NCBI RefSeq assembly: GCF_963921235.1
Contig: NC_086097.1
Location: 139,750,001-139,814,000 of the forward strand
Source of the DNA: Mobula hypostoma
Taxonomy: Eukaryota
Direction: 5' to 3'
DNA: 64,000 nucleotides
Below, in pieces: positions 38,640 through 52,200 of this stretch. The translations under genes were made by a program, and so were the position numbers. Numbering within the stretch: position 1 is the first letter of the stretch; each line of letters begins with the position of its first letter. A model generated the notes under the pieces. That model saw only the letters and a program-made list of their open reading frames with translations. It made no database searches and had not been told where the DNA came from.

Positions 38640-39900
38640 GCAGAGAGGAAGAAACTGCACAAAAAGGTTGAGTGTGTGTCTTCAGGCTCCTGTACCTCCT
38701 GTCTAATGGTACTAATGAGAAGAGAACATTATGATGGGTGGGGAGGGGGTCTTTAATGATGGGTACTGCATTTTTGAGGTATCACCTTTTGAAGACATCC
38801 TCTGTGTTGAGGATACTAGTGCCCAGGCAGAAGCTGGCTGTGTTTGCAACCCTCTGCAGCAATTTCCAACCCTGTTCAGTGGCCCTCTGTAACAGTGGTG
38901 ATGTAACCAGCCAGAATGCTTTCCATGGTACATCTGTATAGATTTGCTATAGTCTTTGCTGTCATTCCAAATCTCCTCAAACTCCTAATGAAATATAGCC
39001 ATTTGCATGCCTTCATCGTAATTTACATCAATATGTAAACGTGCTATATATTTACAGTGGTAAGGAAGACAGATGCAATGTTGGCATTTATCTGAAGGGG
39101 AATGGAACATAAAAGCAATGAGATAATGCTGAGCCTTTATAAAACTCCAGTCAGGCTGCACTTGGAGTATTGTCAACAGTTTTGGGCCTCATATCTCAGA
39201 GTGGATGTGTTGTCATTGGAGAGTGTCCAGAGGAGGTTCACGAGGATGATTCCAGGAATGAAGGGGTTAACATATGACGAATGTTTGGCAGCTCTGGGCC
39301 TGTATTCACTGGAATTTGGAAGAATTCAGAGGGATCTCGTTGAAACTTACGGAATGTGGAAAGGACTAGATAGGGTGGATGTGGAGAGAATGTTTCCTAT
39401 GGTGGGGGTATCTAGAACTAGAGGGCACAGCTTCAAAACTGAGAGGTGACCTTACAGAACAGAGGTAAGGAGGAGGTTTTTAAGCCAGAGAGTCTGTGGA
39501 ATGCACTGCCTGCAGTGGAGGCCAAGCCTGTGGGTATATTTAAGGAAGAATTTGATAGTTTCCTGATCAGTCAGGGTAGTAAAGGATATGATGAGAAGGC
39601 AGGTCGATGGGGTTGAGTGGGATCTGGGATCAGCCATGATGGAATGGCAGAGTAGACTTGATGGGCTGAATGGCCTAATTCTGCTCCCATGTCTTATGGC
39701 CCGATATGTTGGGCCCAGGATAGATTTTCAGAGATGTTGACACACAGGAAAATGAAACTGCTCACACTTTCCACTGCTGCCTCCTCATGAGGACTGGTGT
39801 GTGTTCCCTCAACTTCCCCTTCCCAAATCCACAGTCAATACCTTGGTCTTACTGACATTGTGTGCAAGGTTGTTGTTGCACCACCACTCAACCACCTAAT
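38640..39900. mobile_element. Minus-strand Rex1/Babar LINE interrupted by plus-strand CR1 (about 39045-39700)
   Basis: CR1 ORF LYKTPVRLHLEYCQQFW...SRTRGHSFK; Rex/Babar sequence resumes at ~39700. Confidence 0.85.
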
Positions 39901-40339
39901 GCTCATCTCAGGAATGTGTCCCTTCACCCCTCACCTGTCTTCCTGATGGATGAGTGGGGGTCAATTCCAACCCAAGGGAGGCAGAAAGTGTCATGAAGGA
40001 GAGGCACAGAGGAGTGAGGACAACGTTTACCCAAGCCCAGGGATAGAACAATATTCACAGCTCTTTCAATGGGACAATGGGGTCTATTCCTCTGAGAATA
40101 TTGAAAGATAGTCAGCTGCATTAAACAGCTCCCATTTCTGTGTCCTTTGAGTGGTCTCTGATGCCATATCTCCAAGATCCATGCACCTGGCTAGAAATGT
40201 CCCTCCGGCCTAGATTCTGAAAGTGCACTGCCTCATGGACACCCTCTCTAACTTACAAATGCATTGAGTTGGATGCTGTGGTAGACCTCAAAACCCTGCA
40301 AACTACACACCATGCATCACCCTATTGACATAGTGCAAG

Positions 40340-40860
40340 ACCATAGCATATGCTGTTTGAGATTTTTGAAGAGATGATCAATAGAATTGATGAGGATAGA
40401 GTGGTAGAAGTAGTCTATATGGACTTTGGGAAGGCTTTTGACATGAATAGGGACATCATGTTACAACTGTACAAAACTCTGAGAGTCTTGTGTACATTTC
40501 TGGTCACCATACTATAGGAAGCTGATTAAGCCAGAGAGGGTGCAGAAATGTTTCACAAGGATGTTGCCTCAACTAGAAGGCGAGTTATAAAGAGAGAATG
40601 AATAGACTGGGTCCTTTTCTCCCTGAAGTGAAGGAGGTTGATAAACTATGAGGGATAGATAACATGGTCTGTTTCCCATTGTAGGGGTGTCTATCATGAG
40701 AGGGCAGAAGTTTAAGGTGAGAAGAAAGAGGTTTAAAGGGATTCTGAAGAGTGAATTTTTTTTCTCACAAAAATAAATTATTATCTGGAATGAGCTGCCC
40801 AAGGATGGACTGGAGACTGGGCAGTAAGAGGAACCTGGATGCATGCTTGAATATCAAAGC
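40340..40860 (+). mobile_element. CR1-type LINE fragment
   Basis: gtctatatggactttgggaaggcttttgac RT remnant and ORF2 tail. Confidence 0.7.
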
Positions 40861-43489
40861 ATAGCATTAGAATTAGGTTTATTATCACTAGCTTTTTTGA
40901 GGTGAATTTTTGTTTTGGGGGAGTAGTACAGGGCAAACACGTAATGAGTGACCTCCTCCTGGGACTGGGACAGTCGCCCTTATTACCCCTGCAAGTGGAA
41001 CATGTTGATGTTGTCACTAACAGTAGGATATTGTTGATATTCCTGGTGATGGGATCATACTAACGATTTCCCTGGGAATTGTACAGTGGGATTTGTGTTA
41101 ATTTCAGTGGGAATGATATGTGTCGGTGTAACCTATTAGTCAAGGAATGTCAAGGAATGGGTACGATCATTCCTCAGGGAATGGAGCAATTTTGATTATT
41201 CCACCAGAAACGGGACCATGTTCAATACCCCTGGGAGTGGAATAGGTATTACCTTGGGAATGGGATGCATTATTTTCCCACGAAATGTCAAAGCACCGAT
41301 TTCCCATGGAACGGAGTGGTGTTCATTGCCTCCCCGAGAACTAGAAGGTGTGACCTATGTCTTGGTAACGCGAACCTTGTTCCATCGCCCTAGGATGGGA
41401 AGAGTGGCCTCATCTCTAGGGGAGGGCTCGGCATTATTTACCTCCCTGGGAATGGGAAGGTGTCTCCTATTTTCTCAGGAATGTGGCAGGACGAACTGTT
41501 CATTGAGAATGGGGCAACGTAGTAAATGATGCCACAGGGTGATATTTTCCCTTGCAGTGACACTGCGTGTGTTCCATCACCCGAGATTCCGAGGTGATGC
41601 TGGGGCCGGAGTGAGCCGGTTTGTTGTTACCAGGTGCTCGGAAGTTCAGGCGGTCCTGAGCGCACACGCGTTGACCGGAAGGGCTCGGGGGCGAGGGCGC
41701 GGGATAGGTGGTGGGTGCGGGTTAACCGGTGGTCGGTGGATCGCGGCGTCCGCTGGGGATTCACAGCTCATTTACAGTGCAGCTGCGACGGGGCCGCGAC
41801 CGGAGCCGGCGACTGGGATTCCACAAACACTCTGCCTTATCAATGGCCAGGCCCAGAGACAGGCCGCTTCCTGTGCTCTCTGGAGCCACTGAAGGAGCTG
41901 ATAAGCCGCGGGGAAGATTGTTTAGCAGCCTGGAGCCTGCGTATCTGCGGCCAACGGACAGTTTCCACAGTTGTCCTGACAGATACGGCGGCAAAGGACG
42001 ATAAGGGTGTAAGGGAGGAGGAGGGGTGAGTGGTGGGGAGGGAACGCCCCTTGGGAATCCCTTCAACTTTCCCCACACCCCAGGAACCATCCCGGGGTGT
42101 ACAGGAGGCTTCCCCTGACTGACTGGGACCCTGCTTCATGTGACCATTGATCCGCAGTGACTTCTGTTCCCCTCTAGCGCCGGGGAGCAGGCGTCAGTCC
42201 CCACATCTCTCAGCCTTGGCTCCTCGTCAGCGGATGCGGGGGGTGAGAGGTTGCTGTCGAATAAGGCCGGGGGAAATGGGTAACAACAACTTGCAGCCGG
42301 CGGACCGTGTGGACCTGAGAGGGTAACCATTTACTTCACTGCAGACAGACTGAGACGTTTTGTGTTTAACGCGACCTTGTACACAAGCAGAGAAGCCCAA
42401 CGATCAAGCATGTGGAGTCACAAGGTCACAGAGTCACGCCGCTCGGAAATAGGCCCTTCGGCCCAACTGGTCCTACCCGACCAAAATGCCCATCTAAGCT
42501 GATCCCATTTGGCCCGTATCCCTCTAAGTATTGCGTTTTCACGTACTTGCCTAACTACCTGTTACACATTGTAATTGTACTGGAAGTTGGGAAGGCAAAT
42601 GGTTTATTGCGCTTGGTTGGAAGAGGATTTCAGTGCAGTCAAACCTTGCGGTCACTCTACGGGGCCTGGGTGAGACCGCACTGTTTAAAGACTTTTGTCT
42701 CAGATAAAAGGATTTGGGGGGAGGGCATTGCGGCCACACTGATCCCAGGGACGGAGAGTCTGTCCGCTGAGTTTGACTTGATTGGAGTTGAGGTAGCCTC
42801 ACTGAAACGGGGTTTCCGCTGGTCTGGACAGGATAGGTGCAAAGAGGAGAGAGACCAGATTGCACATACAGTATCTGGAGGAAATGTATGGGTCAGGCAT
42901 CATCAGTGTGTGTGTGTGTGTGTGTGTGTGTTGGGGGGGGAGGGGTCGTGGTAACTGAGAGTCAATGTTTCAGGTTATGATCCTTCATCTGGTCTAAGAG
43001 GCAAGATGGCCATTATCCCTCTCCCTCACCACATAATACTGAGCAAATGCAGCAACGACTCTCAGAAGGTTTACTGCCACTGAGGACAAAGAAGTCTCTT
43101 TGCTCAGCACCTGATCATTGCTCCTGAACATTCATTCCCTTCCATCACCACACAATGATGGCAGTGTGTGCCATTAACAAAATGCACTTGCCCAGGCTAC
43201 TCCAGCAGCACCTCTCAAACCTGCAGCCGCTATGACCAAGAAGGACAGGGGCAGTGGGCACAGAAGCCACACTGCCGTACGACGATTCCCCTCCAAGCTG
43301 CATGCTATCTTGGAATAATATCAGTGTCCTTTCACCCCTCTATCTAAATCCTGGAGCTCCATCCCTTACAGCACTGTGGGAGCTCTTTCACCAGAAAGAC
43401 TTTAGGGGAGATCACCTCCACACTCTCAAGGGCACATACAATGGGTATTGAACACTGAGCTTTACAGTGACGCACAGAACATCAAAAGT

Positions 43490-43990
43490 GTATCCCTGGA
43501 TACCATTAATCTTTGCCTTGAATGTATTCAACGTCTTAGTCTCCAGGGCACTGTGAGCAGAGAATTACAAAGATTCATGGTTCTCTGAGAGAAGGATTCC
43601 TCTAAATGTGAAACCTTGCCCTCTAGCTCTAGATGCCCCAACTAAGGAAAACATCATCTTGGAATCCACCCAGTCAATTCCCCTCCACATCCTGTACATT
43701 TCAAAACAATCACCCCCCCCATTCCACGAAATACACCGAGCATTGTCCCAATCTGCTCAAGCTTTCTTGAAAATTCAATCACCTCATTTCAGAATCATTT
43801 CTATGAAACATCTCTACACTGCTTCCAATGCAAGAACATTGCTCTGGATAGAAGGTAGCCAGGACTGTGCCGTGTATTCCTGGTGCAGTCTTGCTGGTGC
43901 CTTGTACAGTTTTGCAAGGCTTCCCTGCATTCACACTCCATCTCCTTTGCTACAAAAAACAACACTTCAGTTGCTTTTCTAATTACATCG
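43490..43990 (-). mobile_element. CR1-type LINE 3' fragment
   Basis: Similar to other minus-strand CR1 tails (tgccctctagctctagatgcccc). Confidence 0.6.
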
Positions 43991-44914
43991 TTTTTATCAT
44001 TTCAAGTTTACTCTTATTAAACGCCTTGTGATTTTCTAAGTGTCCTTTTGTTACATCCTTCATCATGCACTTTTACCATTTCTCTCACCAGCAGTATCAG
44101 ACTAATTGTCCATAAGACCATAAGGTATAGGAGCAGAATTAGGCAATTCACCCCATCAAGTCTGTTCTGCCATTCAATGATGCCTAAGTTATTTTCCCCG
44201 TGCCTTATTCAAATAGTTTTTTTGTGTTTTCCTCCATCCTGCCTCCATTTCTACTCTCCAGAGTACTGACTCCCACTCCTGAATCCATGGAGACAACCTC
44301 ACTCAGCCTGGAGAGTGAAATGTCTGAATCCTATTCCCAAGGTTCTCGAGCTACTGAAATCACATTCCATGCAGTTCTTCAAAAGTAGCAAAACTGATAG
44401 TAGACCAATAAATCTGTGGTCTTTGAGGCTTGGGGCAAAGGTAGGATTGTGGGATTCCAAGTCCATGGGATACAGCCAGAAATGCTGATCATTAACCACT
44501 GTCACAGCACCCACCAGATATTGACACAATCTTTGTTCACTCTGGACAATGATACTGGTCCAAGAGACTTTGCAACACCACTTTCTGGAACCCATAATCA
44601 GAGGCCATTCTACCTATCCTGTTGTGCTGCTTCTTGTTGTTTGTACATGGCAGGGTTAATTAATGACCTCATAGTCTACTTCGCAAAGTTTTGAGTACTA
44701 TAAAACTTTGTCTCACCATGCTGGCAGAGTGGAGGATTCATAACACAGCTGAGGAAGCAGTGAGATTACATCGTTAAACCATTTTAACACAAAGCCTCCC
44801 AATGGAAAATGAGGGCAGTGTGGTGATGTGTTAACGCAGTGAGTTCTGTAATCTCCATTGGCAGCATGCTGAGATTCCAGACACTGAGCAGGGTTCCTTG
44901 GTGCCAACACTTTT

Positions 44915-45270
44915 TTTCTCTCTCTCTCACTTCCTCTCTCTTTCTCCCGCTCTCCCTCTCTTCCTCTGTCCCCCTTCTCCCCTCCCTCTCTTCCTCTGTC
45001 CCCCTTCTCCCCTCCCTCTCTTCCTCTGTCCCCCTTCTCCTCCTCCCTCTCCCCCTCTCTTTCTCACATTCTGCCTCTCTTTCTCTCTCCTCTCTCTCTC
45101 TCCCCTCTCGACCCCTTCCCCTCTTCCCCTCCTGCTCCTTCTCCCTCTCTATCTCATTCCACCTCTCTTTCTCTCTCATTCTATCTCTCTCCCTCTCTCT
45201 ATCACTCTCCTCTCTCTCCATCCTCTCTCTCTCCACCCTCTCTCTCTCCACCCCTCTCTCTCCACATCTC

Positions 45271-45352
<82 letters not shown>

Positions 45353-45395
45353 CCCCCCCCACCCCATCTCTCTCCAACCCCCCTCTCTCTCTTCC
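44915..45395. repeat. CT-rich polypyrimidine / (CT)n microsatellite
   Basis: Direct reading; includes a ~30-bp triplicated unit at 44950-45040. Confidence 0.95.
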
Positions 45396-47329
45396 CACTG
45401 CTCAGCCTTTGTGTGACTGTGGTTTTGTTAATTACTCCGGTGTCTGGACAGTCTGACAGGCTCCCACTTAGAGCCAGAAATTGGCAACTGATTAGGAGAA
45501 TGTTGGGGGTGGGGTGGGGTTGCTGGGACAGGGCCTCTGCAGCAGCCTCGCAGATAGCCTACGTGAAGAGCCCTCTCTGAGTGGGAGCGCACTGGCATAC
45601 AGAGAGGGAGCCAGAAGATAAGAGAGGCCAGAGGGGAGTGTTTTGTTGATGGAAGAGAAATACAGCCTCTGACTAACTCTAGTGGCTGTGATGTTTTAAT
45701 TTGTCTCAGGGTCAAGTCTCACCAGTGACCCTTGAATCATTAACAAGAGGCAGGGTGCATTCGACAAACTCACTCATAACATTAGCTGCTCAGAGTCAGA
45801 GTGAGAGACCATGCAGGCACTGGGAGAACAGTGGCAGTCGTCTCTGAGCCAGCAGCGGGGAGCTTGAAGATGTCATTCAAACTGCTCCATTGCTGCCAAC
45901 ACAATTTGTCTTCTGCACTGTTCAGAGCCTGCTTTAAATGATCACTGCGACCTGCTCGGGAGCTCCTGACAGCCCAGGTCGGCCCCACTCACCACTCACC
46001 TTTAGTGCCTGTGGTGTACCCATTCTGAATGTTGCCCCAATCTCTGTCACGTAGGAGGGAGCACACATAACACATCCTCACATGCACTTCTGTTCCACCC
46101 CAATTTTGCAAAAAAAAAACCCCTCCTGAATAAAACCTCAAAACTTGATAATGTAACAAAAACTGCGGGTTAAAATCTCGGCAGCCACTTCCATTTTCTG
46201 CAGCTCCCTTAACCCTGCAGATGCTTCGTGCAGCAGTAAACAATGAAAATCCAACAGCAACCCCCAAGAAGATATATCAGGAGGAACATCAGAGCCTACA
46301 ATATTCAAGGAGAGGTTTGGAAGGGGAGTTCCAGAACCCAGCTCTCAGTCACTGAGGTCACAGCACCCCTGGCTGTGGAGACATACTTGGCGACGTTCTG
46401 TGGAGACAAGCATTGCTGTTGTACGGGTCTCCTGCTGGTCAATACCTGCCCTATGGCAGGAGTCCATTTATAGGAGTGCCCCAGCCAGTTATCACTGAAG
46501 GTAAATGAGGAAATGGTTGTTTTAATGTAGCCAGTCAGGAGACGTAAAGTTGCTTTAAGTTGCGGGAATCAGGTGTACCACTTGAGATCAGAGCGGTTGC
46601 CTGTTCGGGAGAGACTGAGTTTAAAATGACTTGGACTGTTTTTTTGTTGAAGGATTGTGGGTGGATTTGCAGAGTGACGGACAGTACAAGAAGGGCAGAA
46701 GCAGGAACAATATCAGCTGATGTGAGATTGATGGTGGTCAGGGGTTCAGTAGGCAAAAGGGACTGAGAGGTTTGGGTGGGTCTGAAGTAAGGCCTGATCC
46801 AAAAGGCTCTGAGGGGAGAAGGGAGACGAACGGGAGACAGATATAGTTCAGGGTGTGGCTGGAGCTATGACTGGTGGGTTGGAAAGTAAGGGACAGAGGG
46901 CAGGGGCAGCTGAGGGTATTGTCATTAACTCACAAGAATTGTTAAAGGTAAGATGTAGAGCAGGGGAGGGTAGAGGCAGGTGATTTGCAGAACAGAGAAG
47001 AGCAGATAGTTTGTGGTGATGAAATGCAGAGCTGTTAAATGATTAAACTGGTTATAGGTTATGATGGTGTGGGTTATGGTGGGAAATGAGTGTGGGTTGT
47101 GGTGAGACAGAGGTATGGGTTATGGTGGTAACGGGGCATAGTTAATGATGGGACAGGGGTGTGGGCTATGGTTTTATATAGTTATGGCCTTAGAGTGGAG
47201 CAGGGGTGAGGGTTATAGTGGGCTACAATGGAACAGAGCTATGGGTTTTGATGGGACAGGGATGTGGGTTATAGTGGGACTGGTATGTGGGTTATGTTGG
47301 GAGTGGGCTGTGGGCTTAACATGGGTCAG

Positions 47330-49345
47330 ATATTTTCTCAAGGGCATACTCAATCAATCCATAGTTGAATCAATGGAAGACCGTACCAAATTGGGCATTC
47401 AGCCAGTGTGCAAAAGGCACAAAATTTGCAAATACAAGAAGAAGGAGATAATAATCATAAGTAAATAAGCAATGAACATAGAACATAGAAAACCTACAGC
47501 ACAATACAGGCCCTTCGGCCCACAAAGCTGTGCTGAACATGTCCTTGTCTTAGAGATGACCTAGGGTTACCATAGCCCTCTATTTTTCTAAGCTCCATGT
47601 ACCCGTCCAGGAGTCACCTTCAGCGGCAGCCTATTCCACGCACTCAAGACTGTGTAAAAAAACTTACCCCTGACATCTCCTCTGTACCTACTTCCAAGCA
47701 CCTTAAAACTGTGCCCTCTCATGCTAACCATTTCAGCCCTGGGGAAAAGCCTCTGATTATCCACACAATCATTGCCTCTCAACATCTTATACACTTCTAT
47801 CAGGTCACCTCTCATCCTCTGTCACTCCAAGAAGAAAAGGCTGAGTTCACTCAACCTATTCTCATAAGGCATGCTCCCCAATCTAGGCAACATCCTTGTA
47901 AATCTTCTCTGCAACCTTTCCACATCCTTCCTGTAGTGAGGTGACGAGAACTAGAAATACTTTATTGATCCGGGGGGAAATTGGTTTTCGTTACAGTTGC
48001 ACCATAAATAATTAAATAGTAATAAAACCATAAATAATTAAATAGTAATATGTAAATTATGCCAGGAAATAAGTCCAGGACCAGCCTATTGTCTCAGGGT
48101 GTCTGACCCTCCAAGGGAGGAATTGTAAAGTTTGATAGCCACAGGCAGGAATGATTTCCATGATGCTCTGTGCTGCATCTTGGTGAAATGAGTCTCTGGC
48201 TGAACGTACTCCTGTGCCCACCCAGTACATTATGTAGTGGATGGGAGACATTGTCCAAGATGGCTTGCAACTTGGACAGCATCCTCTTTTCAGACACCAC
48301 CGTCAGAGAGTCCAGTTCCATCCCCACAACATCACTGGCATTACGAATGAGTTTGTTGATTCTGTTGGTGTCTGCTACCCTCAGCCTGCTGCCCCAGCAC
48401 ACAACAGCAAACATGATAGCACTGGCCACCGCAGACTCGTAGAACATCCTCAGCATCGTCCAACAGATGTTAAAGGACCTCAGTCTCCTCAGGAAATAGA
48501 GATGGCTCTGACCCTTCTTGTAGACAACCTCAGTGTTCTTAGACCAGTCCAGTTATTGTCAATTCGTATCCCCAGGTATTTGTAATCCTCCACCATGTCC
48601 ACACTGACCCCCTGGATGGAAACAGGGGTCACCGGTACCTTAGCTCTCCTCAGGTCTACCATCAGCTCCTTAGTCTTTTTCACATTAAGCTGCAGATAAT
48701 TCTGCTCACACCATATGACAAAGTTTCCTACCGTAGCCCTGTACTCAGCCTCATCTCCCTTGCTGATGCATCCAACTATGGCAGAGTCATCAGAAAACTT
48801 CTGAAGATGACAAGACTCTGTGCAGTAGTTGAAGTCCGAGGTGTAAATGGTGAAGAGAAAGGGAGACAAGACAGTCCCCTTTGGAGCCCCAGTGCTGCTA
48901 ATCACTCTGTCGGACACACAGTGTTGCAAGCACACGTACTGTGTGCTTGCTGTGTAACTGAGCACAGTACTCCAAGTGGGGTCTGACCAGGGTCCTATAA
49001 AGCTGTAACATTACCTCTTACCTCCTAAACTCAATCCCATGATTGATGAAGACCAATGCACCGTATACCTTTTTAAGAACATGAATATCAAGAACATGAG
49101 ATGACGAGTCTGAAAATGAGCCCATAGGTTATGGGAAGAGTTCAGTGATGGGGCAAGTGAAGATGAGTGAAGTTATCCCCTTTTGTTGAAGAGCCTGATG
49201 GTTGAGGGGTAATACCTGTTCCTGAACCTAGTCATTTGAATCCTAAGGCTCCTGTGCCTTCTTCCTGATGGCAGCAACGAGAAGAGAGCATCTCTTGGGT
49301 GATGGTGCTTCCTGACGATGAATGCTACTTTCCTGCAACAACGTT
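47330..49345 (-). mobile_element. Three-level nested LINE cluster: LINE 3' end > CR1 (about 47475-49075) > Rex1/Babar (47953-48955)
   Basis: Inner RT GAPKGTVLSPFLF..FSDDSAIVG..KTKELMVD flanked by AACT duplication; CR1 continues across it. Confidence 0.85.
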
Positions 49346-49739
49346 TTGTGAAGATGGTGGGACGAGGGTGCTGATTATGCTGGGAGCAGTATGTGGGGTT
49401 TTGGTTACAGTGGGACAGGGGTATGGGTTACAACAGGATAGACGCATGGTTATGGTGGGAACACGGTGTTGCGAAAGTATTAAGGTGGGCAACGTTGTGG
49501 TTATGGAGTTATTGTGGGATGAATGTATCGTGAGAGAGAGGTGTGGGACAGAGGGATGGGTTATGGTGGGACAGGGGTGTGAGTTATAGTAGGAAAGAGT
49601 TATAGGTTTTGGAGGGATAGGTATGGGTTATAGTGAGATATGGTGTGGGTTGTGCTAGGAGCAGGGTGTGGGTTTAGTTTGGAACTGGGATATGGATAAT
49701 GATGGGACGGGAGTGTGGGTTATGTTGGGATAGGGGTGT

Positions 49740-52200
49740 GGATTATGGTGGGACAGGAGTGTGGATTATGGTGGGACAGGAGTGTGGGTTATGGTGGGTC
49801 AGGGGTGTGGATTATGGTGGGTCAGTAGTGTGGATTATGGTGGGTCAGGGGTGTGGATTATGGTGGGTCAGGTGTGTGGATTATGGTGGGTCAGGGGTGT
49901 GGATTATGGTGGGTCAGGGGTGTGGATTGTGGTGGGTCAGGTGTGTGGATTATGGTGGGTCAGGGGAGTGGATTATGGTGGATCAGTAGTGTGGATTATG
50001 GTGGGTCAGTGGTGTGGATTATGGTGGGTCAGGGGAGTGGATTATGGTGGGTCAGGGGTGTGGATTATGGTGGGTCAATAGTGTGGATTATGGTGGGACA
50101 ATGGTGTGGATTATGGTGGGACAATGGTGTGGATTATGGTGGGTCAGGGGAGTGGATTATGGTGGGTCAGTAGTGTGGATTATGGTGGGTCAGTGGTGTG
50201 GATTATGGTGGGTCAAAAGTGTGGATTGTGGTGGGTCAAGTGTGTGGATTATGGTGGGTCAATGGTGTGGATTATGGTTGTTCAATGGTGTGGATTATGG
50301 TGGGTCAGGGGAGTGGATTATGGTGGGACAGGGGTGTGGGTTATGGTGGGTCAGGGGTGTGGATTATGTTGGGACAGGAGTGTGGGTTATGGTGGGTCAG
50401 GGGTGTGGATTATGGTGGGCCAATGGTGTGGATTATGGTGGGACAGGAGTGTGGATTTTGTTGGGTCAGGGGTGTGGATTGTGGTGGGTCAGGGCTGTGG
50501 ATTGTGGTGGGTCAAGTGTGGATTATGGTGGGACAGGTGTGTGGATTATGGTGGGTCAGGGGTGTGGATTATGGTGGGTCAGGTGTGTGGATTGTGGTGG
50601 GTCAAGTGTGTGGATTATGGTGGGTCAGGGGTGTGGATTATGGTGGGTCAGGTGTGTGGATTATGGTGGGTCAGTAGTGTGGATTATGGTGGGTCAGGTG
50701 TGTGGATTGTGGTGGGTCAAGTGTGTGGATTATGGTGGGTCAGGGGTGTGGATTATGGTGGGTCAGTAGTGTGGATTATGGTGGGTCAGTAGTGTGGATT
50801 ATGGTGGGTCAGGGGAGTGGATTATGGTGGGTCAGGGGTATGGATTGTGGTGGGTCAAGTGTGTGGATTATGATGGGTCAGTGGTGTGGATTATGGTGGG
50901 ACAATGGTGTGGATTATGGTTGTTCAATGGTGTGGATTATGGTGGGTCAGGGGTGTGGATTATGGTGGGTCAGGGGTGTGGATTATGGTGGGTCAGGGGT
51001 TTGGATTGTGGTGGGTCAATGGTGTGGATTATGATGGGTCAGGGGAGTGGATTATGGTGGGACAGGAGTGTGGGTTATGGTGGGTCAGGGGTGTGGATTA
51101 TGTTGAGACAGGAGTGTGGGTTATGGTGGGTCAGGGGTGTGGATTATGGTGGGCCAATGGTGTGGATTATGGTGGGACAAGAGTGTGGATTATGTTGGGT
51201 CAGGGGTGTGGATTGTGGTGGGTCAGGGCTGTGGATGGTGGTGGGTCAAGTGTGTGGATTATGGTGGGACAGGAGTGTGGATTATGGTGGGTCAGGGGTG
51301 TGGATTATGGTGGGTCAGTAGTGTGGATTATGGTGGGTCAGGGGTGTGGATTATGGTGGGTCAGGTGTGTGGATTGTGGTGGGTCAAGTGTGTGGATTAT
51401 GGTGGGACAGGAGTGTGGATTATGGTGGGACAGGAGTGTGGGTTATGGTGGGACAGGAGTGTGGGTTATGGTGGGTCAGGGGTGTGGATTATGGTGGGTC
51501 AGTAGTGTGGATTATGGTGGGTCAGGTGTGTGGATTATGGTGGGTCAGTAGTGTGGATTATGCTGGGTCAGGGGAGTGGATTATGGTGGGTCAGGGGTGT
51601 GGATTATGGTGGGTCAGGGGAGTGGATTATGATGGATCAGTAGTGTGGATTATGGTGGGTCAGTGGTGTGGATTATGGTGGGTCAGGGGAGTGGATTATG
51701 GTGGGTCATGGGAGTGGATTATGGTGGGTCAGGTGTGTGGATTATGGTGGGACAATGGTGTGGATTATGGTGGGTCAGGGGAGTGGATTATGGTGGGTCA
51801 GTAGTGTGGATTATGGTGGGTCAGTGGTGTGGATTATGGTGGGTCAAAAGTGTGGATTGTGGTGGGTCAAGTGTGTGGATTATGGTGGGTCAATGGTGTG
51901 GATTATGGTGGGTCAGGGGAGTGGATTATGGTGGGACAGCAGTGTGAGTTATAGTGGGTCAGGGGTGTGGATTATGTTGGGATAGGAGTGTGGGTTATGG
52001 TAGGCCAATGGTGTGGATTATGGTGGGACAGGAGTGTGGATTATGTTGGGTCAGGGGTGTGGATTATGGTGGGACAGGAGTGTGGATTATGGTGGGTTAG
52101 GGGTGTGGATTATGGTGGGACAGGGGAGTGGATTATGGTGGGACAGTAGTGTGGGTTATAGTGGGACAGTGGTGTGGATTATGTGGGACAGGGTTGTGGA
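49740..52200. repeat. 23-bp G-rich minisatellite, roughly 100+ copies, with degenerate flanks at 47040-47330, 49350-49740 and 52200-52460
   Basis: Unit gtggattatggtgggtcaggggt with variants. Confidence 0.97.

Noticed and set aside
44784..45456. ER-rich and SL-rich ORFs
   Set aside because: Artefacts of the (CT)n microsatellite.
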